DNA of 64,000 bases from Andalucia godoyi And28. Taxonomy: Eukaryota > Protista > Jakobida. Every line of letters starts with the position of its first letter. The stretch's first letter is position 1. The DNA is taken from contig VRVR01000039.1 in the NCBI GenBank assembly GCA_009859145.1, positions 190,284-254,283 of the forward strand, in the 5' to 3' direction. This document shows positions 1 to 11,500 of the stretch, piece after piece. The notes under the pieces are model-generated. The model did not search any database and was not told the origin of the DNA. It was given only the letters and a program-made list of their open reading frames with translations. A program made the position numbers and the translations under genes.

Positions 1-1
1 T

Positions 2-2539
2 ACCCTGAATCACGAATCCTGAGGACGGCGTGATGACCGGAGCTTCATTCAAGATATTCGAATACACACTGTATCCGCGCTGCAGAGACATGTACAGAAC
101 GGTAGAGGGGGCCAAGCTCGGAGCAGTTGGCTGATATGCCTCCAGTTCTGGAATGAAGTAGCCATTGTCAAGAAAGAATGCCGAGAGTGTACCCCTCTCT
201 ACTTGACAGGTTAGCAAACTCGGGTCCCATAGTGGTTTTGGACGCACCGCGGCCTGAAGAGAGCATTCGAACCAGCCAGAGAGACCTGCAGAGGCCGTCA
301 ACAAAAATGAAAAATTACTTCGCTGACTTGGCAGGAGGTACAGGAGGATAGCGGAATCATTTGTGGAAGGCACTCTCGCAGAAATGCCAGAGTTTGGGCA
401 AGCCAACGACACGTTGAACAATCCGGCTTCATTTCCAGAATTGTACAGAGAACCAGAGACCATCGCGGTTCTTTCCTGCAATTTCACGCGAGAAGGGGTC
501 AGCACCACATCGGATTGGGCGACTGTGGAGCAACGCGGTTGCTTGATACCAAAAGAAGACCCAAGCACTCTCACGCTAACCCAGGGGTCATTGCCACGGT
601 GCTTGTAATCCAGTCGCAGAGAGGCTGTTGGAGTATACGTAAACGCAGCACGAGCAGTGCGATCGGTCGTGGAAGGGCACAACGAGTCATTTTGCGGAAC
701 AAGGTTCCAGAAAGACAGCGATGAATTGCGCTCCAGCATGCTGAAGACATCCCGGAAGCAGCTGTGCACGGGTTGATCACAAAAATTTGCCTGACTGCGA
801 AGAGTACTCACATCCATGCCGATCCCGTGGCATCCAGAGGCAAACAGCGACTTTGGAACCAGGTAAAACAAGCTGGTGTCCACCGGCTTCGCTGCGGAAT
901 TTGCAATTCCTGAAAAGAACCGGTAGTTTTCGAGCGGAGAAAGATTCACCGTAAGAGAAGGATCGTGTAAGAGACGGATTACCTCGCCGACAACGTTTGC
1001 GGAGGACGATTGCGAAGAGGACATTACAGACAACGATTCCACGTTCTGCAGATCAGCACAGGACGCACAAACCAACGACACCGAAACCGCTTTGCTAGGA
1101 ATCGCATTAGACACATCCATGTCAAAATACGCATAGTTGGGGAACAAGTCAGCAGCAAATTGGTGCTGGATCCTCGAGCAGTTTGGGCAAAACGGAAGAT
1201 TTCTCACGGACCCTGCAGGGCATTCCACGACAAACGGCACATCAGCTTCTGCACGCCACGTCTTCGTGGATCGATCAAAGGTATACTCGATGTAAGAAGT
1301 TCCCAAAACGTCGTACACCCTGTACGCGGCGGTGCAAAGTGCATTCGCGTAGTGGAATTGTTCAATGCCGCGCACACTGCTTATGGCATACAATGATCCG
1401 CGCTGGCTGACCAAAGATGGAGACCAGGGCACATATTGAGGATAGCTGTTACTTGAAATCATTACATTGCGATTGTTCGAAACGGCTTGATCGAAGATTG
1501 CCTGCAGGTTTTCAGATGATTCAAAAGTCTTCCTTCCAACCTGCTTCTGCTGATTTGCAGAGTCAAACGGCAGATACATCGCTTCGTAGATGTCATTCGC
1601 TATGGAATGTATTTTGAGCGGGATCAACGTCCTCCTCACGGCACTCACACTGACCGTTATTGTCAGATTGTTTGTCAATTGATAAGCGTCATTCGACGCC
1701 GGGTCTAGAGGAAGCGAGGCGTTGAATGAAAATGCCGTATCTGTACCATTCCAGATAGCAGAATACATCGTATTCAACTCCAACAAAGAGACGTTGTAAT
1801 CCATGTACCACAAACAACCCTGAATTCCTGCTGTGGCGCACTCCCCTAAAGAGCTGGTGACGGAATACTGTTGGACTGGTCTGTTTGCAATGTATTGAAG
1901 CGGCGGATCGGGCAACACGACCGGCGGTTTCCGCAGCGACTGTGGATACAACGAGCACGACCGTGAAGATTGAGATTGCGTGGGCTTGGGCAGATTCGCG
2001 ACCGCGGCATCAAATCCTCCTGAGGAGTAAAAGTAATGGTACCGCGTGGGGATATTGTACACTTCCACTGCATTTCGAAGTATAAAGAATCGCGAAGAAA
2101 CGTGAAGCAGAAATGAAGACGCTCCAGAAATTCCAGTAAACGTCATGTTGATGTGCATCGCACCGAAGCTGCTTGGCTGCGAGGACGCGGACAACAATGT
2201 TGGCAGCAAACGTGCTGCCGAAACAGTGTTGACCAGATATGCAGCCGAGTCTCCTCCAAAGGTGTCAAGAAACATCCCTGCGTCTGCAGAAAAGAACGGA
2301 ACGAGACATCCTGCAACATCGGTTGGAACACAAGCACCTAATGAACCAATTAACAGTACATTGCTCGAAGCAAAACCAAGTGTTATAGTAAACGAGGATC
2401 CTGAGATCAGCGTGCCACTTTCAGGAAATACCGAAGGAGAAAAGCACTGCCGCACACTGATGCTTTTCAATGCTCCGCCCTGTGGAACGAGTTGAAACGC
2501 CCACAACGCAGTCAAAGCAAAGCACGCCAAGAAATTCAT
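2..2539 (-). CDS. HAP2/GCS1-like (fusexin) secreted or membrane protein, 3'-truncated by the window edge
   Basis: Absent from the ORF track because it has no stop codon in the window. My translation finds no stop from the ATG at 2539 (upstream in-frame TAG at 2561-2563) to position 2, 846 aa. N-terminus is signal-peptide-like (MNFLACFALTALWAF). At nt 835-749, GCHGIGMDVSTLRSQANFCDQPVHSCFRD resembles the HAP2 core motif (C-x-x-IG...QxNFC-x-x-P-x-x-SC). At about nt 470-250, TAMVSGSLYNSGNEAGLFNVSLAC...FSFLL...FECSLQA resembles HAP2 domain III. Confidence 0.6.
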   Translation of the reverse strand, partial: MNFLACFALTALWAFQLVPQGGALKSISVRQCFSPSVFPESGTLISGSSFTITLGFASSNVLLIGSLGACVPTDVAGCLVPFFSADAGMFLDTFGGDSAAYLVNTVSAARLLPTLLSASSQPSSFGAMHINMTFTGISGASSFLLHVSSRFFILRNAVEVYNIPTRYHYFYSSGGFDAAVANLPKPTQSQSSRSCSLYPQSLRKPPVVLPDPPLQYIANRPVQQYSVTSSLGECATAGIQGCLWYMDYNVSLLELNTMYSAIWNGTDTAFSFNASLPLDPASNDAYQLTNNLTITVSVSAVRRTLIPLKIHSIANDIYEAMYLPFDSANQQKQVGRKTFESSENLQAIFDQAVSNNRNVMISSNSYPQYVPWSPSLVSQRGSLYAISSVRGIEQFHYANALCTAAYRVYDVLGTSYIEYTFDRSTKTWRAEADVPFVVECPAGSVRNLPFCPNCSRIQHQFAADLFPNYAYFDMDVSNAIPSKAVSVSLVCASCADLQNVESLSVMSSSQSSSANVVGEVIRLLHDPSLTVNLSPLENYRFFSGIANSAAKPVDTSLFYLVPKSLFASGCHGIGMDVSTLRSQANFCDQPVHSCFRDVFSMLERNSSLSFWNLVPQNDSLCPSTTDRTARAAFTYTPTASLRLDYKHRGNDPWVSVRVLGSSFGIKQPRCSTVAQSDVVLTPSRVKLQERTAMVSGSLYNSGNEAGLFNVSLACPNSGISARVPSTNDSAILLYLLPSQRSNFSFLLTASAGLSGWFECSLQAAVRPKPLWDPSLLTCQVERGTLSAFFLDNGYFIPELEAYQPTAPSLAPSTVLYMSLQRGYSVYSNILNEAPVITPSSGFVIQG

Positions 2540-2934
2540 TCTCCCATGAACAACTCTTGTCTATTTTGGCAAATTTGCAATTGTATGTGTGTATGTGTGT
2601 GTGTGCGTGTGTGTGCCAAGAACATTGATAAGGAACTAAAGAAGCGAAAGGGAGGCGTCTCAAGGAAAAATTCTTCTCCTGAAACAATCTCTCGTAGGAG
2701 GCATCATCATTCCGAGAAAGGAAAATTCGAGAATCTCAAGTGGCAAGTCCGCAACGGATGGGGAATATTTTTCTCCCCTTCTTGACTAGACAGGTTCTGG
2801 GCAATAGCACGGGCGCATGCTACCAAAAAAGAGGGGGAGGGGAGGGGAGGGGGGTCGGGTCGAAGGGGAGGAAAAAAAAGTGTCGAATGTCAACTATGTA
2901 CCCTATAAACAGTATCATTATTGCGAGAAGAGAC

Positions 2935-3879
2935 TCACAGGCCCAAAGGTCTCGGAGTACGAAGAATTCGAGGATCGCTGCGGGAAGTACTGCCTTGCGT
3001 ATTTTTAACGCGTATCTCTGCTTTTGAATTGGCAGCGTCCAAAAAGAGTTCCTGAACCGCACGGACCACCATGTCGCCCCGAGGAACGTCCAACATTGCC
3101 ATGCACTTCTCGACGATCTGGATGGCACCCGAGTCGCTTGCGGCAACTCGTGTTGCAGCCTGAATTGCCACTAGCGCACTTTCCGGAGACTCGGCTCCAA
3201 CAAGCACACAGACCTTCGCCACCCACTCTTCCATGGCTCGCATCGGACCAAGCACACCCACAAGCCGCTCAATCGTCGGGATAATTTCCGACTCGGAGGA
3301 CACACCCAACAGTGCTCGAAGCTTTTCCGCACTGATGACGTCGTTTCCAGGAGATGCAGCATTGATCGACAGAGTTTGACGCAACGATCCTACTTCTGAA
3401 AGCAGACTCTGTCGCGAGTGTTCGTACATTTCCACAACCTGTCGCACGCTTGCTCCCCGCAAACTGGCCACCGTGGATGCAATTGCAGCCTCCTTCTTGC
3501 GAGCAGCAGCCTCTATCGCGCGCAGCTTTCCCCGCAGGAGCTCATTTTCTCTTGCAACTTCAGAAATCGTAGACCGAAGTACTCCTTCACGTTCTCGGCA
3601 TATCTCAAGCTTTCGCTCCAGCGTCGCGCGGTCGTACTCGGTGGTCTTGTTCGACTTTGTACTCGGGGGCATTGTGCTCGTTCCAAGAAGATCAGGTCCA
3701 ATAGGGCTCATAAGCAGATCTTCCGCGACCATAGCCTTCGCAGTCTTGCTCAGCTGGCGTTTGTGTGTCGTCGAAGGTGGAGTGGTACTGCTTTTGGAAT
3801 GACTCCACTTCATACGGGCTTGGTCAGGCGAGGTGGACACCAAAGGGGATGCAGACAACGGCCGTGTGATGCTCAGCAT
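2935..3879 (-). CDS. Coiled-coil protein, possibly CEP70-like centrosomal protein
   Basis: Long ORF with likely start MLSITRP at 3879. Low-complexity N-terminus, heptad-rich middle, and helical C-terminal repeats (IVEKCMAMLDVPRGDMVVRAVQELF) weakly resembling CEP70. Confidence 0.45.
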   Translation of the reverse strand: MLSITRPLSASPLVSTSPDQARMKWSHSKSSTTPPSTTHKRQLSKTAKAMVAEDLLMSPIGPDLLGTSTMPPSTKSNKTTEYDRATLERKLEICREREGVLRSTISEVARENELLRGKLRAIEAAARKKEAAIASTVASLRGASVRQVVEMYEHSRQSLLSEVGSLRQTLSINAASPGNDVISAEKLRALLGVSSESEIIPTIERLVGVLGPMRAMEEWVAKVCVLVGAESPESALVAIQAATRVAASDSGAIQIVEKCMAMLDVPRGDMVVRAVQELFLDAANSKAEIRVKNTQGSTSRSDPRILRTPRPLGL

Positions 3880-5096
3880 ATTTTGTTCTTGTTTTTTTGG
3901 ATGTAACTTTTGTTTTTGCTGAAGGTAACGAAAGCAACTGATTCCGAAAAACAAATCTGGAAAACGAGGAAATAAAACGAAAAGAATAAAGTAAAAGGTT
4001 TCCTTGATTTTCCCGCCACCTCAGCGCGTGGAGGGATATCGAGGGTCGATTACAGCAGGGCGGCATCCACCAATACTCCTGCTGATCATCATCATTTTGG
4101 ATTTTGTGCAGAAGCACCGAGACTGTCTTGAATGACTGCAACCGCGGATAGCTCTGTTGAATACATCCGGCCCCTCTGAACAAGATGGCCTACCGTCTTT
4201 GCACTTTTGCCGGTCTTTGCTTGGAGTTGCGTTTTTCTTACCCTTTGAAGACCAAATCTAAAAAGAAAAGGAATAGACTTTATCGCGCGTGGATATGTAA
4301 GCAACATGGAGGTTCCAAGAACTGCTGTGAGATTTCTGTGTTGCAGGTGTTCAACTGCCAGAGAAAGCGTAGCGCCAGGGAAAGGGATCTCTGCCCAAGC
4401 TTGAGAAGATACCAGTTCTGAGCAAAGTGTGGATATCGGGAGAATTCCCAGTTTTCCTGGAGACGGTCAAGGATTACTCTTGTTTTCAAAAAAAGACAAG
4501 GATGACCGAGAGAGCACCTTGGAAACTACAGACCAATCGGCTTGTTCTCTCATCACATGGAGATGCTGGGCTACTGCGCCAACCAGCCTCTCTTTCAACA
4601 CTTTGAGTCTCACAAGGACCAGAGCGGAAGACCGTTTCTTCCGAACTTTCAAAAGGGATTTACTGATGCGTGTTCGTTCTTGGATATGTCACCGTCAACA
4701 TCAAACTATCTTGAACGACACTCCAAACCACGTCAGTCGTTCTGGAGCCTGCGGCCGCGGAACTGGGGAAAACAAAGAATGTACGGACGAATCCAGCGCT
4801 AATGCTAGGCGATGAAGTGTGTTTGTGTTCTGTTGTGCATGAAACTCCAGTGTGTCTGTGCAGTACAAGCTCTGAGACCTCGTAGAGTTGTTGAAGTTAC
4901 GTATCTCGTTATTGTGCACAACACAAACCAAGGCAGCACGATACAATGGAACGTGGATGACACAAACGATCCATTTGAAGTGCAACTGCAAAAAATAAAA
5001 GAAAAGAAAAGAGGTATTTATGATTTTCAAAGTAAATAGACACAACAGCAATTAAATGGAAAAGAAGCAACTGCGCAACCAGCGAGTCAGCGAGAA

Positions 5097-5099
<3 letters not shown>

Positions 5100-5134
<35 letters not shown>

Positions 5135-5143
5135 TGTGTGTGT
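5100..5143. repeat. (AG)n(GT)n compound microsatellite
   Basis: Seen directly in the sequence. Confidence 0.95.
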
Positions 5144-5167
5144 ATGTGCGAGTGCAATGAAAGAAAA

Positions 5168-5350
5168 TTAGTCGTTTGATCCGGAGCTCTTCTTTCCGGA
5201 AATCAGTCCTTTGACCTTTCCAAAGCCCTTTTCGAGCGTCTGGGTGGCCTTCTTCGCGCCTTCTTTCGCAGCTAACCCCGCCTTGACCGCGCCCGCCTTG
5301 ATCTTGTCTCCAAGGCCATGCTCACCGCTTGCATTTGATCCACCCAGCAT
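5168..5350 (-). CDS. Small Lys/Gly/Ala-rich amphipathic peptide (LEA/CsbD-like)
   Basis: Isolated 60-aa ATG ORF with coding-like composition, flanked by pyrimidine-rich upstream sequence and a repeat. Confidence 0.5.
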   Translation of the reverse strand: MLGGSNASGEHGLGDKIKAGAVKAGLAAKEGAKKATQTLEKGFGKVKGLISGKKSSGSND

Positions 5351-5711
5351 GTTGCTAAACTATTTGTTCTTTTTCTTGCTTCCGTCCTTTAGGTTCGCAA
5401 TAAGTACTAGACTCGTTCAGGAAAGAGCTGACCTTCAAAAGCAAAACCACACACACCCACACACCTCTCCACCGGGGTCACAATGTCAACAAAAGATCCA
5501 CGCTTCAACTTTCTAGCATCACGTTGATGCCAAACGTTGCGAATCCCCCGCCAAAAAAACACCCCTTTTAAACCCAACATGCTGATAACAAAAAATTATT
5601 TCTTGAAAATATAAAGGATTGATTCCAGATTAGATAGCACTCTCTGTTTTATTCTCGTTTTGTCTTTACTGGCTCTGTTTCCATCGTTCATTTCGTGCGC
5701 AATTCCCCGTT

Positions 5712-5999
5712 ATGGCGCATGCTGTTCTCTCGGATGCACAAATCGCAGTGGATCCTGGCCAGTCTCTGCGGTCTCTTCTATCAAAGTTTGAATTTGCTGT
5801 ATGTGTCTTGTGTTTTTCTGCTCATGTGTAAACTGTGGGTTTCTCATGGTCGAGTTCTTTTGTTCACGGATGCTGATCATCATCAATTTCTTCTTGTGTG
5901 CTTTCCAGGATCTGTTGGAGTTTTCTGCATTGCATGCTCTCGACGTAGCAAATGAAAAAAACAAACGAAATCTTGTCGCCCAGATCGCAGCGCATTTTG

Positions 6000-6041
<42 letters not shown>

Positions 6042-7247
6042 TTGTTGTTGTCGCGCTTGGATTCAAAACAGCCACTCACGCACTCATTGTATTTTGTTGA
6101 TGTGCGAAAAAACAAAAAGCCTCGTGGATTGACGCACGGCGATTATTCAAAGCTGGACTTCATTGCATTTCGAGATTTCCGGGTATTTAACAAACAATGG
6201 AAAGCGTATTCCGCGAAAAAGTCACGATCGCCGCTGTTCTCGGAGAAATCAATGCAGTTTGTTGCGATGTTTGAGACGCACTTCACTCGCTTCATTACTT
6301 GCCACATGTCAAGGTCGAGCTGCTGTGTCCCCGACTCTGGATTGAACGGACTGTTGCTGCGAATTCATGTCCCTTCCACGAAAACAACAGTACTGCTCTC
6401 GTTTATACCTTCGACTCCGTATGTGTTGATTTGCGTTCTCCCGGCCGCCTCCAGTGCTGCGCGTGCCTCTGCAGCACTAAATGGACGAGGGGCAGGGTCT
6501 CTTATCCAGACTGTTCTGTCGTCGCTGTCCAACGCATTTGGCATCAGCGAATTAGAAGAGATGGTCTTGTTCGGAAAGGATGCGGCGAGCTTGTGGAAGT
6601 TGCTTCTCAGCAGCTCTCAAATGGGCTTGGTTTCGTCCTTAGTTGCCGGAAGTGCTGCGCTAGGTAACGTTCCTACGTCCATGATTGATGACGGGAAAAT
6701 GAACCACTGCTACAATGATGCTGCGGAACGTCAGTTGGATGGAGCACGATCTTCCAAACGGCTGAAGACTGCGCAAACGCAGTTTTCCGTCTCGTCTGCG
6801 GAAACTCCGGTATTGGAAAGAGTTGTTCTTCGAATAGAAAAGACGGTCGCAATTGAAGTCGACGGGAAGTCGGTGCTTGCAGGATTGAGACAAATGGTGG
6901 TGGACGGACTCATCAATGTGGATGAAGAAGCAAAGACTGTCCGCAGCGTGTGGTCAAAGTTGTGGTCGAGCAAGACAAATGTCGTTGCGGTCCAAAATGA
7001 TGATGAGGACGAGGAGGATATCTTGCTTAGCGACGACGGCGACAACGACGACGAGGAGCAGCATCAAATCGGGTTTTTGGACGAAAAGTCGTTGTCATCA
7101 CAACAACCCAACATGCTACAATCGAATATCCAGCAATCGGAATCGCAACTTCCGACGCAGACGCAGACGCCGATGCCAACTCTCACTCCAATTCACTCCC
7201 CACGCGCGGCGTTGGAAGCCGCAGAAACAGAAATCGTGTCGCAATAA
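5712..7247 (+). CDS. Three-exon gene, possibly kinetochore CENP-N/Chl4-like
   Basis: Model join(5712-5798, 5909-5998, 6072-7247). Both donors are GTATGT, both acceptors CAG, all phase 0, and the frame is kept. The segment IEVDGKSVLAGLRQMVVDGLI resembles the CENP-N C-terminal motif. Acidic and Q/T-rich tail. Confidence 0.55.
6004..6038. repeat. (CT)n microsatellite inside the predicted intron
   Basis: Seen directly in the sequence. Confidence 0.95.
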
Positions 7248-7294
7248 ACCATTTTCAAGCCACACTTTATGTTCAATGTCAACGTACCAGTGCA

Positions 7295-8134
7295 TCACTC
7301 TTTTCGAGACCGATCGGACTTCATTGCATCTTCAAGCAACGTCTGCCCCTGAGGGTCAATGCAAGACAGCTCACGGAATCCTGCGTCTCCAACCACGCAA
7401 ATTTCATAACCATCCGGATCCCCCAAGATGGCCACATGCACGGATGCTTTTCCTGGAGTGTCCAATTGGACAAACGGAGTGAGAACAGAGCCCCCATGCT
7501 GCACTGCTCGTTCTTCATACTTGCCCTGCTTTACATCTTGGACCGCAAACGCTATCCGACCATACGACTCTGCATGCCTCACCTCTTGCTTCTTATCAAA
7601 GGCAATGCGGAAAATCGGCTCCGACGTCGTAACCAACACCAGGGTCTCATCAGACTTGTGGTCCACATCCAAGTCCAACACCGCAGTCCAAAACGCAGCA
7701 GTCCTGTCCAGATCCGTTGCAGCAAGCGTGATTTTCCGCACCACGCGTTCCTCGGTCTGTTCAGGAAAAGATGACCTTGACGGGAGTAGGTTGAAGCGGA
7801 AGCCGTCAGGCGCATACAGTGCCATCTTGGAAGCCAGCGATTTGCACGAAATGTCAATCCCAACAAAGTCGTTGCCAAGGTCATAGTATGTAATCGGGTA
7901 GTTGTACGTGAGCTCAACAACAAAATGGTCGTCTTCAGAACCATACCCGATCATGGTCTTGCTCCAAGCACCATCGTACCGACCATTGCAAGCAGCTTCG
8001 CAGCCCTTTTGAAATTCTTCATGACGCAGCGTCTGCATCCTGAGGATGTCAGTGTAGAAAGGAATCGTCGCTTTCCGAGACGCAACTTTAAACACCCAAT
8101 GAAGCGCTCTTGGAGCCGCATGGATCGGCGTCAT
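7295..8134 (-). CDS. GLOD4: Glyoxalase domain-containing protein 4
   Basis: Motifs RALHWVFKV, LRHEEF..GCEAACNG.Y...WSKTMIGYGSEDDHFVVELTYNY, GRIAFA, LDTPGKASV.VAILGDPDGYEIC. Confidence 0.93.
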   Translation of the reverse strand: MTPIHAAPRALHWVFKVASRKATIPFYTDILRMQTLRHEEFQKGCEAACNGRYDGAWSKTMIGYGSEDDHFVVELTYNYPITYYDLGNDFVGIDISCKSLASKMALYAPDGFRFNLLPSRSSFPEQTEERVVRKITLAATDLDRTAAFWTAVLDLDVDHKSDETLVLVTTSEPIFRIAFDKKQEVRHAESYGRIAFAVQDVKQGKYEERAVQHGGSVLTPFVQLDTPGKASVHVAILGDPDGYEICVVGDAGFRELSCIDPQGQTLLEDAMKSDRSRKE

Positions 8135-8470
8135 CCTCCTCTGGAACTGGCTTCCTTCACGTAAAGAATATGCACAAACTCAAAATACCCAGAAGGAAAA
8201 AGAAGTGATGGAATCGAATGTACTCTCGACATCCTTTCCCCCCCAAATTCCCCTTCCTGCCGTTCTCGAGTGGTACTTGATGCAACTCCTCCACGCAATC
8301 CGTTACGGTCCACTACTGTAAGGAAACCATCTCATAATCCAGAGGTAAACATTTCGTAACGCATTGTTTTGGTTTTTCTTCCTGTATTTTCTCGTTCGTT
8401 TTTACTCCGAGTATGCATCATTCAAGAAATTGATCAAACCAGTGTTTTTCCCCCCCATTTTTTCTTCTTC

Positions 8471-8527
8471 TTCTTGTTCTTGTTCTTGTTCTTGTTCTTG
8501 TTCTTGTTCTTGTTCTTGTTCTTGTTC
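8471..8527. repeat. (TTCTTG)n hexamer tract upstream of IFT144
   Basis: Seen directly in the sequence. Confidence 0.95.
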
Positions 8528-8589
8528 TGCTGCTGCTGCTGTTGTTGTTTGTGCAGAGCATAGTTTTCTCGAGTAAAGGTCACAACGCT

Positions 8590-11500
8590 ATGCCGACTGA
8601 GCTGTTTTGTCTGGTGCCGGACGCGCTTTCGTCTGCCGTGCCGCTTGTCAAGTGGGACCCAACAGGAACGCTGTTTGCAGTGTCTCGAAGTCGGGGTGTT
8701 TTGATCCATGCTCGATCCGGCAAGCTTCTCCACGACCTCCCAATAGCCCCGAGTACAAAGGCAGTTGTCAAGTCGATGGAATGGGATTGTGACGGAGCCG
8801 TCTTAGCGGTTCTCTATGACGGCTCTTCAACAGTTGTTTTGTACGACATTCATTCGAAAAAGACAGAGACGTTGGATGTGAAGCTCAAGGACGTTACGTT
8901 GATTGTATGGTCGACTTCAGGCCCGCAGTTGGCGATTGGAACGGCAAAGGGTAACCTTGTGATTTACAACCGAAAGACAATGAGGAAGTACCCTGTCATA
9001 GGAAAACACTCAAAGAAGATCACGTGCGGCGCCTGGTCCAAGGATGGCAGACTTGCTCTGGGGTCGGACGACAAGGAGCTTACAGTTTCAAATGCAGAAG
9101 GAGATCTGATTTTCCAAGGCTCTGTTGCTGCTGAACCTTCCGAGATTCAATTCGCGCAGAGTAAGAATGCGTCGTCGAGCAATCAAGGGAACAGCAGATC
9201 CGTGGTCAAGTTCGACTCCACGGTTTCGGTGAATGTTGGAGGAAGATCGTTGCTGTTACATGAGATTGGTAGTCAGACACAGCCGACGGAACTGGTTTTC
9301 CAAGCGAGGTACGGACCTATTGTCTCCCATTCGTGGTTCGGAGATGGTTACATTCTTGTCGTCTTTGCAGGAGGTTTTGTCGCACTGATGTCTACACACA
9401 GGGCGGAGATTGGACAAGAAGTGTTTTCAACGAAAGTCCTCGATTCTGCGTACGTGATGTGCGTCCACCACGATCTGGCGAAGGTTGCCATTTGTGGTGA
9501 CGGCGGCATCCGGTTCTTGAACCTTTCGGACCTGCAGAACATTCATGAAGAAAGGTCAGATGCCATTGTTGTGTCAGCGAGAGTCGAATCGATGTCGTGG
9601 TCTCCAGATGGGCAAGTGCTTGTGTATGCCACTGGAGATGGGAAAGTGCGGGGGTCGCTGACGCATGTTTCGAGCGTCAGCGCTCTGTGTGTCTATCCCG
9701 AATCTTCCATCCTGAATTCTCTTTCCATGCTGAATTCCGTCACTGCAGGGTCCAATTCCAGTTTGTCGTGGAAGCTTGGTGCAAACGGGGGACTTGCGGT
9801 TTCAGTTGCAGTCATGGCATCTTTGCGGCAAGTCGCTGTTTATTTTCTTCATCCCAGTCAAATGGTATCCGGTGCTGAAGAGCCGCCGTCGAGCGCAAAA
9901 CTCTTGCAGGTGGATCTGGAGCCCTCGATGCTTGCTCTTGGACCAAAGCATGTTGGAGTTGCTGCTCACTCACGGGTTGATTTCTATTCTTTGACCGGGA
10001 AGCTGGATGTAATTCGAAAGGAATACAACTCGGTTGTCACCAGCGTCTGCATTAGTGATACGCATGCCTCTGTACTGACAGATTCCGGCCAGCTAGTGCT
10101 GCATTCTCTTTCCGGGAACGCTCGAGAAATGGAGTCAGACGAACGGTCATTTCCAGATAGCGGAGTGTCCTCCTCCGAAAGCAGTGGTCAGACAGGAATC
10201 TCTGCCCACTGCCTTGTTGCAGGATACCTTGTGTTTGCTACGAAAAATGGCGTACTGTGCATGTATTCACTTGCCGACCGAACGGTTGTTGCTGAAACTC
10301 GTGTCGAAGGATCTCACGTTGTTTCTCTGAGCGTGCATCCGTTAGCAGCTTCTCGAATTGGTCTTGTTCTTGCTTCGGGGGATGTTGCTGTCTACTGCCC
10401 GTTGGAGGATCGACTTATTTTTGCTCCTAAATTGGACGATGATCCTCAGGGCATTTCAAGTTCGACAACCGCAAGCGTGAGTTCGTCAAGCATTGCGGGA
10501 CGGCGAGTGAACGTTGGGTCTCCTCGGATGGTTTGCTGGCCGTATCCGGACGTGATGCTGGTGTCGACAGATTCCCATGTTTTTTTATATACTGTATATC
10601 CATTTTCACGAACTGGCACTCGAGTGGATCTCGTGCGTGATCCCTCCGACCAGTTTGTGTCCGTGTATGCCACGAAGCGCCCGAGCTCGTTTGGGCAATT
10701 CCTGTCTGCAAATGGCCATCTTGTATACGGCCTGTTGAAGGCATCTGGTCGCGTTGCCACGTATCCTGTTGATATCCTGTCCCTCATGACTTCGTCGTCT
10801 TCTTCGTCTTCATCATCATCATCATCATTATCATCGGTATCAGCAGCAGGAACGATTGTCCATTCTGCAAGCAGTGTGGCAGGCATACAAATGCAGTGCA
10901 TGGCCAGCTTGGCAGTGGGACGTGTTGACGAAGCCTTTGAATTTGCCGATCGTATTGTTGGACCAACCTCGTCGACGGTTCCGTCCAGTTCCTTCAGTCC
11001 AAACTCTTCTCAGCCGTCTCCGGGATCCAGTGAAGCAATTCGAGATGAGCTGCTACGAAGAATTGAAACGAGGGCACTTGGATTGTTGCAGGTTCCCCTG
11101 GCACGTAGATGCATGATTCGTCGTGGTGATTTCGCGTCTGCTGGTGCCTTGGATCGCATGCTTGGCTCGCAACACGGGGTTGGGGACGAACTGCGACTGA
11201 TCTCCGGACATCTGAGCAGGTGGAATGATGATTACGATCGAGCGCACGAGGCGTACGTGGCATCTTCCAATCCGCAACTTGCGCTGGACATGAGACGACA
11301 GATGGGCCAGTATGATCGAGCAATCCAACTTGCAGAGACTCACGCGCCCGAGTTAGTGCCGCGTGTGCTTGTTGACTGGGCACAAGCTCTGGAGTTCAAA
11401 GGAGAGGCACGGCAGGCATTAGAGTGTTATGAACGTGCTTCTCGCGAAAAGGAGCACATTTCCACTATGAATGAATTAGAGGGCGTTGCAGATGCTCCGG

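Noticed and set aside
4812-5039. 75-aa ORF faintly like the Sem1/DSS1 C-terminus (WNVDDTNDPFEVQL)
   Set aside because: It lacks the acidic N-terminal motif, so the similarity is too weak to call.
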